Assembly: GCA_034530875.2 (NCBI GenBank)
Contig: JAVRCJ020000002.1
Coordinates: forward strand, 224,001 to 288,000
Length of the DNA stretch: 64,000 nt
From: Nostoc sp. DedSLP01
GTDB lineage: Bacteria; Cyanobacteriota; Cyanobacteriia; Cyanobacteriales; Nostocaceae
Reading direction: 5' to 3'
Part shown: in pieces, positions 52,156-61,745 of the stretch
How the letters are laid out: each line of letters starts with the position of its first letter
Position numbering within the stretch: the first letter of the stretch is position 1
The notes under the pieces: generated by a model
What the model was told of the DNA's origin: nothing
Database searches by the model: none
What the model saw: only the letters and a program-made list of their open reading frames with translations
Position numbers and translations under genes: made by a program

Positions 52156-52172
52156 GAGGGGTCTTACCCCTC
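52156..52172. promoter_or_regulatory. HetR-binding inverted repeat upstream of hetP-like gene
   Basis: GAGGGGTCTTACCCCTC followed by ATTA; one mismatch to the known hetP-promoter HetR site GAGGGGTCTAACCCCTC. Confidence 0.85.
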
Positions 52173-52688
52173 ATTAATTACTAAAGAGGACAATATTAAA
52201 ACTTGCACAATATATAAGTAAATATTGAGTTTCAACAGATAGATTTGGCTGATAAATCTGTTATATTAGCAGAGGACATTAGCAGCGAAAGATAGTATAA
52301 ATGCGATGGCTTTATCAGCGCTTAAAAATAAATGTTTTTTTCTGATAGTCTAAAAAAATTGAAAATTTGCCGGACATGGCTTATTTTTATTCGTAATAGT
52401 TGATACGAGCGAAATCCAGATAAATTTATTGAATTAGGATCTGATAATTTTTCAGGGGTTAATACTGCATCTACCAATAGCTAAAACGAGACTTTAAAGC
52501 TGCGATCGCTAATTATAACTTGGGAAACTTATCTGTCATTAAAATCCAAGAGTGCCCTAATACGATTAATTATTTTCCCAAAAGATTAAACAGCTGTAAA
52601 AAGCCTAGTGCAGTTTGTAAGCCTCAATTGAAACACCAACAATTGCACAAACCAAACTAGTTTACTTAACCCAAGAGAACTTAAGACT

Positions 52689-53075
52689 ATGAATCAAGAC
52701 ATTGCTAGCATTAGTGGTAATTTAGATCGGACAATGAAAGCTCAACAATTTGATAAAGTAGTTGAAGCAATTCTTGCCGGAAAGTATTCCTGGGCATGTG
52801 TTTTAATGCTGCGATTTGCTGGTTATAACCCACTGCATTACATTCCGTACCGTACCTATAATCGATTGCTGAAAGAAAATTCTCAAGACACCAGAATCAA
52901 CCAACAGCAAAGTGAAAATATAAAACTGCTCAAACAGTCTAACGATTCCCGATCTGAAAACAATGTATCGTCGAATCCCTTAAATAAAATTAAAGATAGA
53001 ACTTATCTCGAAGTAGTGGGAAAGCAAAAAACAGAAATCTGCGGTGGTAGTTTAGATCGAAGATTAGCACAGTAA
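52689..53075 (+). CDS. hetP: HetP-family heterocyst commitment protein
   Basis: [45 protein letters not shown]; ortholog versus paralog not resolved. Confidence 0.85.
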   Translation: MNQDIASISGNLDRTMKAQQFDKVVEAILAGKYSWACVLMLRFAGYNPLHYIPYRTYNRLLKENSQDTRINQQQSENIKLLKQSNDSRSENNVSSNPLNKIKDRTYLEVVGKQKTEICGGSLDRRLAQ

Positions 53076-53505
53076 ATTACCGCAATTTCAATAGAACCAA
53101 AAATCAAACCCAAAGTACTCAGCACAATTGTTTGAGATACTGTGGATGCAATTAAAAAATATTTTGTATTCATTTTACCTGAGGCTTGATTGAGTCTCTA
53201 AGATACTGCCATGCTATTTTTTAATGCATGGCAGATTTTTTATAAATCTGCCAACATGGCAAATATACATTGATGAAATTGGTAAACTAACAATAAGAAC
53301 TTCAATCGCAATAGAGGTGATTACCAAACAAGTTAATTTAAAAAATAAAATCAATGATTAATTTTTAACATGAAATACATCCAACTGATTATGAAAGTAG
53401 TCAAGATTTCATGTAAGAGATAATTTATAAACCAAGACGGATAAGTAGACGGACATAATTAAATGTAAAATCCAAAGCAGTAAAACCTTTTACTCTTGAA
53501 GATTT

Positions 53506-53560
53506 TACCTTCTGGAGGCAGCGCGTTACGGGGGTTTCCCCCGTTGTAGCGACTGCCGTC
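53506..53560. repeat. Dispersed hairpin repeat inside STRR/MITE-like DNA
   Basis: GGCAG-CGC-GTTACGGGGG-TTT-CCCCCGTTGTAGCGA-CTGCC stem-loop followed by CCTTCTG repeats. Confidence 0.65.
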
Positions 53561-54004
53561 CTTCTGCCTTCTGTCTCCTGCCTTCTACTTAATAAAACCG
53601 TTACTACTGGTGGTTCTGTTTCCAGGAAAGTCTCATCTGAGAGAATTTGGAGAGGTGGCTTTTCCAAATCTAAACTTAATATAGCTTTCTATATTGTGGT
53701 TGGTGTTGCTTTAGATAATAAAGCAAACGCTTAGCACCAACGCCAAGAACGGAAATAGAAAAGTTACGGTGAAATTTTTATCGTGGTTGGTAGATTTTAG
53801 AGCTAACACGCTTCTCTTTCGACTATTGAAATCCTAGTCCTCCCAAACTGGATTATCTCTAGTTTATAAACTTTCAATTTATATAACGATCGCTGGAAGT
53901 TAAAAACTTAAATAACTTCCAGTTTTTTATCGCAAATAAAAATAGACCGGACAAATTAATTGCCCAGCCTGTTTTTACACAATTATAGTTAATCCAAAAA
54001 CGAA

Positions 54005-54712
54005 TTAAACCTTAGCTAATTCTGGAACGGGACGCTTGCTGTTGCGAATTGATGTAATCGCCTCAGCGTAATCCTTGGCGTTAAATACAGCTGAACCAGC
54101 AACCACCGCATTTGCTCCGGCTTCCAAAACTTGCCAGGTATTATTAGCCTTGAGACCTCCATCCACTTCAATCCAGGGGTCAAGACCGCGTTCGTCGCAC
54201 ATTTGGCGCAGCTTTTGGATTTTGGGTAATACGCCAGGGATAAAGCTTTGACCGCCAAAACCAGGGTTGACGCTCATAATTAGTACTAAATCACACAAAT
54301 CTAGAACGTATTCAATTAACTCTAGAGGAGTGCCAGGGTTAAGTACGACTCCAGCTTTTTTACCAAGCTCTTTAATTTGGCCTAAGGTGCGGTGTAAGTG
54401 TGGCGAAGCATTATGTTCTGCATGTACAGAGATAATATCAGCACCGGCCTTAGCAAATCCCTCTACATACTTTTCTGGTTCCACAATCATCAAGTGGACA
54501 TCCAATGGCTTGGTCGTGACTGGACGAATCGCCTCCACAACCAGAGGGCCTATCGTAATATTAGGTACAAAACGACCGTCCATTACATCAACATGAATCC
54601 AATCGGCTCCAGCTTGGTCTACGGCACGAACTTCGTCACCCAGACGGCTAAAATCCGCTGATAAGATAGATGGAGCAATTACAATGGGCTTTTGAGATGA
54701 GTTTTGGGTCAT
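54005..54712 (-). CDS. rpe: Ribulose-phosphate 3-epimerase
   Basis: [37 protein letters not shown]. Confidence 0.98.
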   Translation of the reverse strand: MTQNSSQKPIVIAPSILSADFSRLGDEVRAVDQAGADWIHVDVMDGRFVPNITIGPLVVEAIRPVTTKPLDVHLMIVEPEKYVEGFAKAGADIISVHAEHNASPHLHRTLGQIKELGKKAGVVLNPGTPLELIEYVLDLCDLVLIMSVNPGFGGQSFIPGVLPKIQKLRQMCDERGLDPWIEVDGGLKANNTWQVLEAGANAVVAGSAVFNAKDYAEAITSIRNSKRPVPELAKV

Positions 54713-54945
54713 GGTTAATGGGTTTTCAAGCGTCCTCGTCTGTAATTATTGTAACCAAATATTGAGCCAGATCTCATAATTTTTTGGAGTGGAAAATGAG
54801 AGAGCAGGGGAGGCAAGGGAAGCAGAGCAAAAGGTTAAGGGGAAAAGGGAAAACGAATAAATTTAATCTTTCCCCTTTACCCCTTTCCCTTTCCCGATTC
54901 CTAATGACTAATGACTAACGACTAATGACTAATGACTAATAACTA

Positions 54946-56541
54946 ATGACTAAAAAACTAAGTTGGATAATTTGGGGATTGAGTGCTTCGTGTCTGAGTG
55001 CGCCAGTAATTGCTTCAGTTTTAGAATCTCCTTTGGGAACTAACGGCATTGACGTTCTTAAGTTACACCAAGCTCCTTATAATTTAATCGGTCGCAAGAT
55101 TGCTATTGGTCAGGTCGAAATCGGCCGGCCGGGAATGTTTGGGTGGGATAAGGCAGTGTCTAAAAACCGTGCCATATCTTTAGCTGCGGTGTTTTTACGC
55201 AATGGCCCGGCGAAGTCTAATAGCGGTGTTGATTCCCATGCATACAATGTTGCTGGTGTGATGGTAAGCCGAGACAAAGGCATACCAGGCGTTGCTCCGG
55301 GAGCGCGACTTTACTCGTCTGCTGTCGGTTCCACTAAAAATATGGGTCAGCCAGAAGAGTGTTTATCAGCCCAGCACATAGCGCTGCAAAATGGTGGTGA
55401 CGTCCGGGCAATTAACTTTAGCTTTGGCGAACCTCTCAGTCGCGACCCTCGACCGCAAGCTACTTTAGACGGGAATGCTTTATTAACTTTATGTATTGAC
55501 TGGTCTAGTCGCGTCCATGATGTTTTGTATGCGATCGCTGGCAACCAGGGAAAAGGGGGGATTCCCATTCCTACAGATAATTTTAACGGAATCAACGTGG
55601 CTTTTTCATCTCGCAGGGGCGGGATTTTTAATAAAGTAGATGTTGCTAATCTGGCTGGGGTTAATCAAGGAGCGAGTGTGCGACTAGCTGGGAAGGAGTT
55701 TAACATTGGCGGGCGTCGCGCTATCGGTTTAGTTGCTCCTGGTAATAACATTACTTTACTTAATCCAGATGGCAAATCGAACAAGGTCACGGGGACAAGT
55801 TTTGCAGCACCTCAAGTTACTGCTAGCGTTGCTTTGTTGCAGGAACTTGGCGATTGCCAGATGCGAACAAAACAACCGCATTGGAGTACGGATTCTCGAC
55901 GCCATCAAGTGATGAAAGCTGTATTGCTCAATTCAGCAGACAAAATCCAAGATAGCGGCGACGGTCTGCGTTTGGGAATGACTCGGACGCTAATTGATAA
56001 ACAAAATCAAAATTGGCTTGCTTCTGATGCTTACAAAGATGCAAAAATTCCTTTGGACGCTCAAATGGGAGCCGGTCATTTAAATGTATTTCGCGCTTAT
56101 CAGCAATTTAATGCTGGTCAATGGCAGCCATCAGATACAACGCCGCCTATTGGTTGGGATTATCGCACAATCAATGTTGGAAGCTCTATTGATTATGGGT
56201 TAGCGAAACCGTTAAAGCAGGGTAGTTTTGTCGCGATTACTTTAACTTGGGATCGATTGGTAGAACTTAATGATACCAATAAAAATCAGCAGTATGACGT
56301 GAATGAAAATTTTCGCGATCGCGGTTTGAATAATCTCGACCTCTACTTAGTAAAAGCTAATGCTAAAAGCTTAGATGATGGTGTTGTTTGTTCTTCAATC
56401 AGCCAAATCGATAGCATAGAACATATTTTCTGCCCTGTTGCTGCTACTGGAAATTACAAAATCCGCGTCCAGTTTCGTCAACAGTTAAATCAAGCGACTC
56501 AACCATATAGTTTAGCTTGGTGGAGCGTGCCTATTAATTGA
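54946..56541 (+). CDS. Secreted S8 (subtilisin-like) peptidase
   Basis: Signal peptide; HAYNVAGV (His), AGN oxyanion Asn, GTSFAAP (Ser); C-terminal NNLDLYL beta domain. Confidence 0.88.
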   Translation: MTKKLSWIIWGLSASCLSAPVIASVLESPLGTNGIDVLKLHQAPYNLIGRKIAIGQVEIGRPGMFGWDKAVSKNRAISLAAVFLRNGPAKSNSGVDSHAYNVAGVMVSRDKGIPGVAPGARLYSSAVGSTKNMGQPEECLSAQHIALQNGGDVRAINFSFGEPLSRDPRPQATLDGNALLTLCIDWSSRVHDVLYAIAGNQGKGGIPIPTDNFNGINVAFSSRRGGIFNKVDVANLAGVNQGASVRLAGKEFNIGGRRAIGLVAPGNNITLLNPDGKSNKVTGTSFAAPQVTASVALLQELGDCQMRTKQPHWSTDSRRHQVMKAVLLNSADKIQDSGDGLRLGMTRTLIDKQNQNWLASDAYKDAKIPLDAQMGAGHLNVFRAYQQFNAGQWQPSDTTPPIGWDYRTINVGSSIDYGLAKPLKQGSFVAITLTWDRLVELNDTNKNQQYDVNENFRDRGLNNLDLYLVKANAKSLDDGVVCSSISQIDSIEHIFCPVAATGNYKIRVQFRQQLNQATQPYSLAWWSVPIN

Positions 56542-56798
56542 AGTAACAATTCACAACTACACATCAAAGTCAAACAAGAGGAAATAGGAAATAATCAAGA
56601 GCAATTGTCTATTATCATTGTGTAAATAATTATGTTAGATTACTGATTTGATGATTGCGTAGTCTACAATACGTTTATATATGTAGGCGAGTTTCAAAAT
56701 CAAAATTTTCGATTGCTGCTTTACACAGCTGACTCAAGCAGCAACTCGGAATTCGCAAGCCTCAAATTTTTGTTTAATTTCTCTGACCAAGTTACTTG

Positions 56799-56819
56799 CT
56801 GTTACAAAAACTGTAACAG
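56799..56819. promoter_or_regulatory. Palindromic putative operator upstream of serpin gene
   Basis: CTGTTACA-N5-TGTAACAG. Confidence 0.4.
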
Positions 56820-56921
56820 TGCCATTCTTCTATTACCGCAAGTGCAATATTTGATTGTTGACACGGTTTGACGTCAACCCTGAGACACAGACTAACAATC
56901 TTTGGCAAGTGAGGTAGCAGA

Positions 56922-58256
56922 ATGAATCGGCAAAAATTGAGTGGAATGAAAGAAAATTTTCTGCAAAGACGTTACGGAGTTAGTCTTGGCAGACGTTATG
57001 TTCTAGCAGCTGCAAGCGTTGTTCTCTTCGGTGTATTAGGGTGTTCTCAGGTCGATAGTAATAAAAGTGCCCTTGCCCAATCTAGTTTACCTCAGCCAGA
57101 AACTCCATTGGAAAAAAAAACAGCCAAAACTGATACTAAAATTGTTGAGTCTAGCAATAAGTTTGGCTTCAAACTTTTTTCCGAAGTATACAAAAGTGAT
57201 GGTACAGGAAAAAATATTTTTATCTCACCTTCAAGCGTAGCGATCGCCCTAGCTATGACCTACAATGGCGCTAGCGGTTCGACTCAACAAGCAATGGCAA
57301 AAACCCTGGAATTACAGGGGATAAATCTCTCAGAAATTAACTCTGCTTACGCCGCAACATTAAAGCAGCTTTTAGACAATTCCGATGCCAAAGTACAATT
57401 GAAGATTGCTAACTCACTTTGGGCAAATAAAGATGTGAAATTTCAGCCAGACTTCCTTCAAAGAGCAGAGGATTTCTATCAAGCCAAGGTCAGCAATCTC
57501 AACTTCCAGGATCCTACAGCCATCAATACTATTAACAATTGGGTAAAAGATAATACTAATGGCAAAATTGCTAAAATAGTCGAACAAATCCAACCCAATC
57601 AAGTGTTGTTTCTGATTAATGCCATATATTTTAAGGGTAAATGGAGCCAAGAATTTGACAAAAATCAAACTGTAAAATACCCGTTTTACATTACATCTAG
57701 CAGACAAAAACAACATCCAATGATGTCACAAGATGGTGACTACAGATATTATGAAAACCAACAATTTCAGGCAGTGAGTTTACCTTACGGTAAAGATGGT
57801 AAATTCAGTTTTTATATTTTCCTACCCAAACAAACCTCTAACCTCAAAGCGTTTTATCAAAACTTGAATGCTGAAAACTGGGAAAAATGGATGACTCAGT
57901 TCAACAAACAAAAAGGCTTTATTCGCTTACCCCGCTTTAAAACAGAATACGATGTTACACTTAACAACGCTTTGAAAGCTTTAGGGATGGAGGAAGCTTT
58001 CACTAATAAAGCTAATTTTTCTGGCATGGGTAGAAATTTTACCATTAGCCAAGTTAAGCATAAAACTTTCGTAGAAGTGAATGAAGAAGGCACCGAAGCG
58101 GCAGCCGCAACTTCTGTAGGAATAGTAGCAACATCAGCTTTCAGACCAGAACCACAACCATTCCGAATGATTGTCGATCGCCCCTTCTTTTGTGCCATTA
58201 GAGATAATCAAACGGGAAGCATTTTGTTTATGGGTTCAATAACTGACCCGCAGTAA
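56922..58256 (+). CDS. Serpin (likely lipoprotein)
   Basis: NIFISPSS, NAIYFKGKW, EEGTEAAAAT hinge, DRPFF; lipobox-like VLGC. Confidence 0.95.
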   Translation: MNRQKLSGMKENFLQRRYGVSLGRRYVLAAASVVLFGVLGCSQVDSNKSALAQSSLPQPETPLEKKTAKTDTKIVESSNKFGFKLFSEVYKSDGTGKNIFISPSSVAIALAMTYNGASGSTQQAMAKTLELQGINLSEINSAYAATLKQLLDNSDAKVQLKIANSLWANKDVKFQPDFLQRAEDFYQAKVSNLNFQDPTAINTINNWVKDNTNGKIAKIVEQIQPNQVLFLINAIYFKGKWSQEFDKNQTVKYPFYITSSRQKQHPMMSQDGDYRYYENQQFQAVSLPYGKDGKFSFYIFLPKQTSNLKAFYQNLNAENWEKWMTQFNKQKGFIRLPRFKTEYDVTLNNALKALGMEEAFTNKANFSGMGRNFTISQVKHKTFVEVNEEGTEAAAATSVGIVATSAFRPEPQPFRMIVDRPFFCAIRDNQTGSILFMGSITDPQ

Positions 58257-58278
58257 AAAGGACAAGGAGACAAGGGGA

Positions 58279-59442
58279 CTAAGGTAATGTCGCTTCCGAA
58301 ATGCTGAGAGTATTTTTACTATCAGGTTTTGGAGGTTCGTTTGCAGCGATTCCTTCTGTGGTGCATTCTTGAGTTTCACTAACCAACCCTTCAGGACGCA
58401 GGGCGCTTAAAGCGGTCTTAATGACAACAGCTGTAGGAACTGCCACAATTACACCCAAAAGTCCGCCAATCCTTGCTCCTGTCAAGACTGAAATTAACAC
58501 CCAAACAGGGTTTAAGCCAGTAAAACTACCTAAAATTCTAGGAGCAATTAAATTTTCGAGAATTTGTTGCACGATTACTGCTGCAATTACAACTCTCACA
58601 CCCATTGAAAAATCTTGCAGCGCCACTAATAACGTAGTGAGAACGATGCCGACAGAACCCCCAAAGGGTACGAGAGCCATGATGCCGATAGTTAAACCAA
58701 ATAGCAAACCAAATGGTACTTTCAGCCACAGAAAACTCGGAATCAAGGCCGAGGCCATACAGGTAGATAAAATTAGCTGAGTGATGAAGAAATTTTGGAA
58801 GCTCAAGCGGACGGTTTTGGAGAAAGGATCTCGAAATCTAGCAGGTAGCCAATCCACTAGACTTTCCCAAAGTTCGCCTCCATGCTGTAAAAGATAGAAA
58901 GTTAAAACCATCGTCAAGAGAAAATCTAGCAGGCTAGTGAATGTAACTACTGCCAGATTTAAAACTTGTCCGGCGATCGCTTGCAATTGTCCCTTAACGC
59001 GATCGTTGATTTGCACCACCAAAGCATCGAGGTTGATGGGCAAGCCGAAAGTCTCAGCTTTTTCGTTTAGAATCATGAGCTGAGAACGTCCAGAGTCAAT
59101 TAACTCCGGCAAACGAGCCACTAGTTGCTGAGCTTGGGTGAGGGCTAGAGGAAAAAGTGTCACACCCAACGCCAATAAAATCGATAAAGCTAAGAGAAAT
59201 ACTAAAATAGCAACTTGCTCTCGCCTCGCACCATGACGTTCCATCCAACTTACGGGGTAGTTGAGGAGAAAAGCTAGTACTGAGGCTCCGACTAAAATGA
59301 CTATGAGAGAATGGAAATAATTAAAAAATACCGAAATTGCCCAACCATTAAGAACTAGCAGCGGAGCGAATAACGCGATCGCTGTAATTCGCGCTATTGG
59401 TGTAAATGTCTGCCACCAGTCGAGTAGCTTGCGTGTCTGCAT
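58279..59442 (-). CDS. AI-2E (PerM) family transporter
   Basis: LAFLLNYPV, ENLIAPRILG, GGLLGVIVAVP; multiple TM segments. Confidence 0.9.
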   Translation of the reverse strand: MQTRKLLDWWQTFTPIARITAIALFAPLLVLNGWAISVFFNYFHSLIVILVGASVLAFLLNYPVSWMERHGARREQVAILVFLLALSILLALGVTLFPLALTQAQQLVARLPELIDSGRSQLMILNEKAETFGLPINLDALVVQINDRVKGQLQAIAGQVLNLAVVTFTSLLDFLLTMVLTFYLLQHGGELWESLVDWLPARFRDPFSKTVRLSFQNFFITQLILSTCMASALIPSFLWLKVPFGLLFGLTIGIMALVPFGGSVGIVLTTLLVALQDFSMGVRVVIAAVIVQQILENLIAPRILGSFTGLNPVWVLISVLTGARIGGLLGVIVAVPTAVVIKTALSALRPEGLVSETQECTTEGIAANEPPKPDSKNTLSISEATLP

Positions 59443-59551
59443 TTTCAGCTGATTGCGGAATAGAACAAGATTAAATCTTTCTTTACAGTTTATTATCTCT
59501 AACTATACGAGTCTTATTCATCCTTCTAGTTTAGGAGTTAGACTAAGCCCA

Positions 59552-60037
59552 ATGGAAAATTATCAAAAGAGTGGGGAGTGGGGAATGGGGAATGGGGAGT
59601 GGAGAGCAGGGGGAGCAGGGGAGGCAGGGGGAGCAGGGGGAGCAGGGGAAGAAATAAGCAATGCCCGATGCCCGATGCCCGATGCCCCATACCTCATGTC
59701 CAAAACACAGTTACTTTTATATTTAATTCCAATTATTGGTTTTTTCCCATCTCTGTGGACTCTTTATCGCCGCCAGGGAACTCAGGAACAACTCGCTGTT
59801 AGTCGTCTGTCTATTACTTTGGCACTTACTTGGCTGTTGGGATATTTATTATTGGCTACCGGAGCAGCAACTTCCGATTTTTTAACACTACGTTTATTTA
59901 TCCTCAATAGTTTTCTCACTTCAGGTTACTTTTTAGTGAGTGTCTGGTTGATTTTCCGGTTGATGCAAGGCAAATCTGGGCGTTTACCAGGGTTTAGTAG
60001 TTTAGCAGGACGGGTAATTGGGAAGTATTTATCTTAA
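59552..60037 (+). CDS. Three-TM hypothetical protein, N-terminus encoded by STRR repeats (start uncertain)
   Basis: ATG 59552; YLIPIIGFFPSLWTLY core; GEWGMGNGEW...CPMPDAP comes from repeat DNA. Confidence 0.65.
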   Translation: MENYQKSGEWGMGNGEWRAGGAGEAGGAGGAGEEISNARCPMPDAPYLMSKTQLLLYLIPIIGFFPSLWTLYRRQGTQEQLAVSRLSITLALTWLLGYLLLATGAATSDFLTLRLFILNSFLTSGYFLVSVWLIFRLMQGKSGRLPGFSSLAGRVIGKYLS

Positions 60038-60323
60038 TTAGTTTCAGGTAATAATTAACAGTATTTTCACTTAGATAGAAAAAATTATAATTGTTTTCTT
60101 CATACTATCTAGTCAAATCCAGTTTATTATTGCCATACTTCAGTAAAACATCTCCAGATTTACCCAAAAAAAAGAAAAATGCTGCTATAAGTGTTGTGGT
60201 TGACACTACATTAAAAAAGTTAGCACTAATAATTAAGAGTTAGGTATTATGGGTTGATTTGTCTGCATATTTTTAGCCTGCAAATTTACGGAATTTGATT
60301 ATTGAGTAAGTGTGAGGAAGTCT

Positions 60324-61745
60324 GTGACCATTCAAAGAAGTTCGGCAGAAGAAAACCAATCAGGAAAAGGCTCAAAGTCCATTAAAAAAATTAAGAGCAA
60401 CTCCAAATCCGGACGTTGGCTGTGGTTTTGGGTTGGTATGAGTGGGATTGCAATGGTGTCAGCAACCGCGGGGGCGTTGTTGGCAGTTTCTTTGACTAGT
60501 ACGCCTTTGCAGCAAGCCCAGCTCAGCGCCAAGGAAAAAGAGGTGTTTGATAGCGATCGCATCTCTGGAGGCGTGCTGCGATTTTCAGAATTAACTCGCC
60601 CGGTTAATTTGTTAGTTATGGGTATGAGCGTACTACCGCCAGATATCCAAAACCCTCCTGATGAAACTAAAGATCTGAAATACCTGCCCCAAGTCAACTC
60701 CTTTGATGGTCTTTCCGATGTGATGCTCTTGGCCAAATTCGATCCAGAGACAAAAAAAATAGTTATGCTCTCCATTCCCAGAGATACCCGCACAGAAATA
60801 GAGGGATTTGGAGTCAAAAAAATTAATGCTGCCAATGTTGATGGCGGGCCGGCTTTGACTGCGAAAACTGTCAGCAATCTCTTAGGCGGTGTGGGAATCG
60901 ATCGCTATGTGCGAATTAACGTTTTGGGAGTTGGTAAGCTGATTGATGCTTTAGGTGGCGTCACAGTCTACGTCCCCAAAGATATGAAGTATCAAGATGA
61001 TTCTCAGCATTTATACATCAATTTGAAAGCGGGTAAGCAACATCTCAACGGCGATCAGGCACTACAATTACTACGTTTTCGCCATGACGAACTCGGAGAT
61101 ATCGGTCGGATTCAACGACAGCAAATGGTGATGCGTGCTTTGATGGATCAGACTCTCAACCCGGCTACTGTCGCTCAATTACCTAAAGTTCTCGATGTTG
61201 TCAAAGAACACATTGATACGAACTTAACAGTTGAAGAGTTAGTAGCACTATTGGGCTTTGGAGTGCGGACAAATCGCTCGAATATGCAGATGTTAATGCT
61301 ACCAGGCCGCTTTAGCGAGAAGAATGAGTTTGAAGCTAGCTATTGGTTGCCAAGCAAACGTGGGATTGCCAAACTCATGGCTGGGCACTTTGGTCTGGAA
61401 TCAGCAGAACAAGAACAGCAGATGAGCGAGCCACAGTCTTTACGTGTAGCAATTCAAGATAGTACAGGTGGCGATCGCTCTAACCTCGAACCGTTAATTA
61501 GAGCCTTGGAAAAATCTGGATATCGCAACATTTATATAGCCAAGGCATGGGGCGAACCTTTAGAGGTAACTCATATTGTTGCCCAACAAGGAGATAGCGA
61601 CAGTGCCGAATCAATTCGCAACACTTTGGGATTTGGAGAAGTACGTGTCGAAAGTACTGGTAACCTTGGTTCCGATATCAGTATCCAAGTCGGTCAAGAT
61701 TGGTTGCAACAAAAATCTATTTTGGAGAAATCGCTCACGCCCTAA
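60324..61745 (+). CDS. LytR-CpsA-Psr (LCP) family protein with LytR_C domain
   Basis: SDVMLL, LSIPRDT, KINAA, LRFRHDELGDIGRIQRQQ, DISIQVGQDW; GTG 60324 with GAGG SD. Confidence 0.92.
   Translation: MTIQRSSAEENQSGKGSKSIKKIKSNSKSGRWLWFWVGMSGIAMVSATAGALLAVSLTSTPLQQAQLSAKEKEVFDSDRISGGVLRFSELTRPVNLLVMGMSVLPPDIQNPPDETKDLKYLPQVNSFDGLSDVMLLAKFDPETKKIVMLSIPRDTRTEIEGFGVKKINAANVDGGPALTAKTVSNLLGGVGIDRYVRINVLGVGKLIDALGGVTVYVPKDMKYQDDSQHLYINLKAGKQHLNGDQALQLLRFRHDELGDIGRIQRQQMVMRALMDQTLNPATVAQLPKVLDVVKEHIDTNLTVEELVALLGFGVRTNRSNMQMLMLPGRFSEKNEFEASYWLPSKRGIAKLMAGHFGLESAEQEQQMSEPQSLRVAIQDSTGGDRSNLEPLIRALEKSGYRNIYIAKAWGEPLEVTHIVAQQGDSDSAESIRNTLGFGEVRVESTGNLGSDISIQVGQDWLQQKSILEKSLTP

Noticed and set aside
53425..53667. 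80-aa minus-strand ORF
   Set aside because: Largely translated from a dispersed hairpin repeat and STRR units
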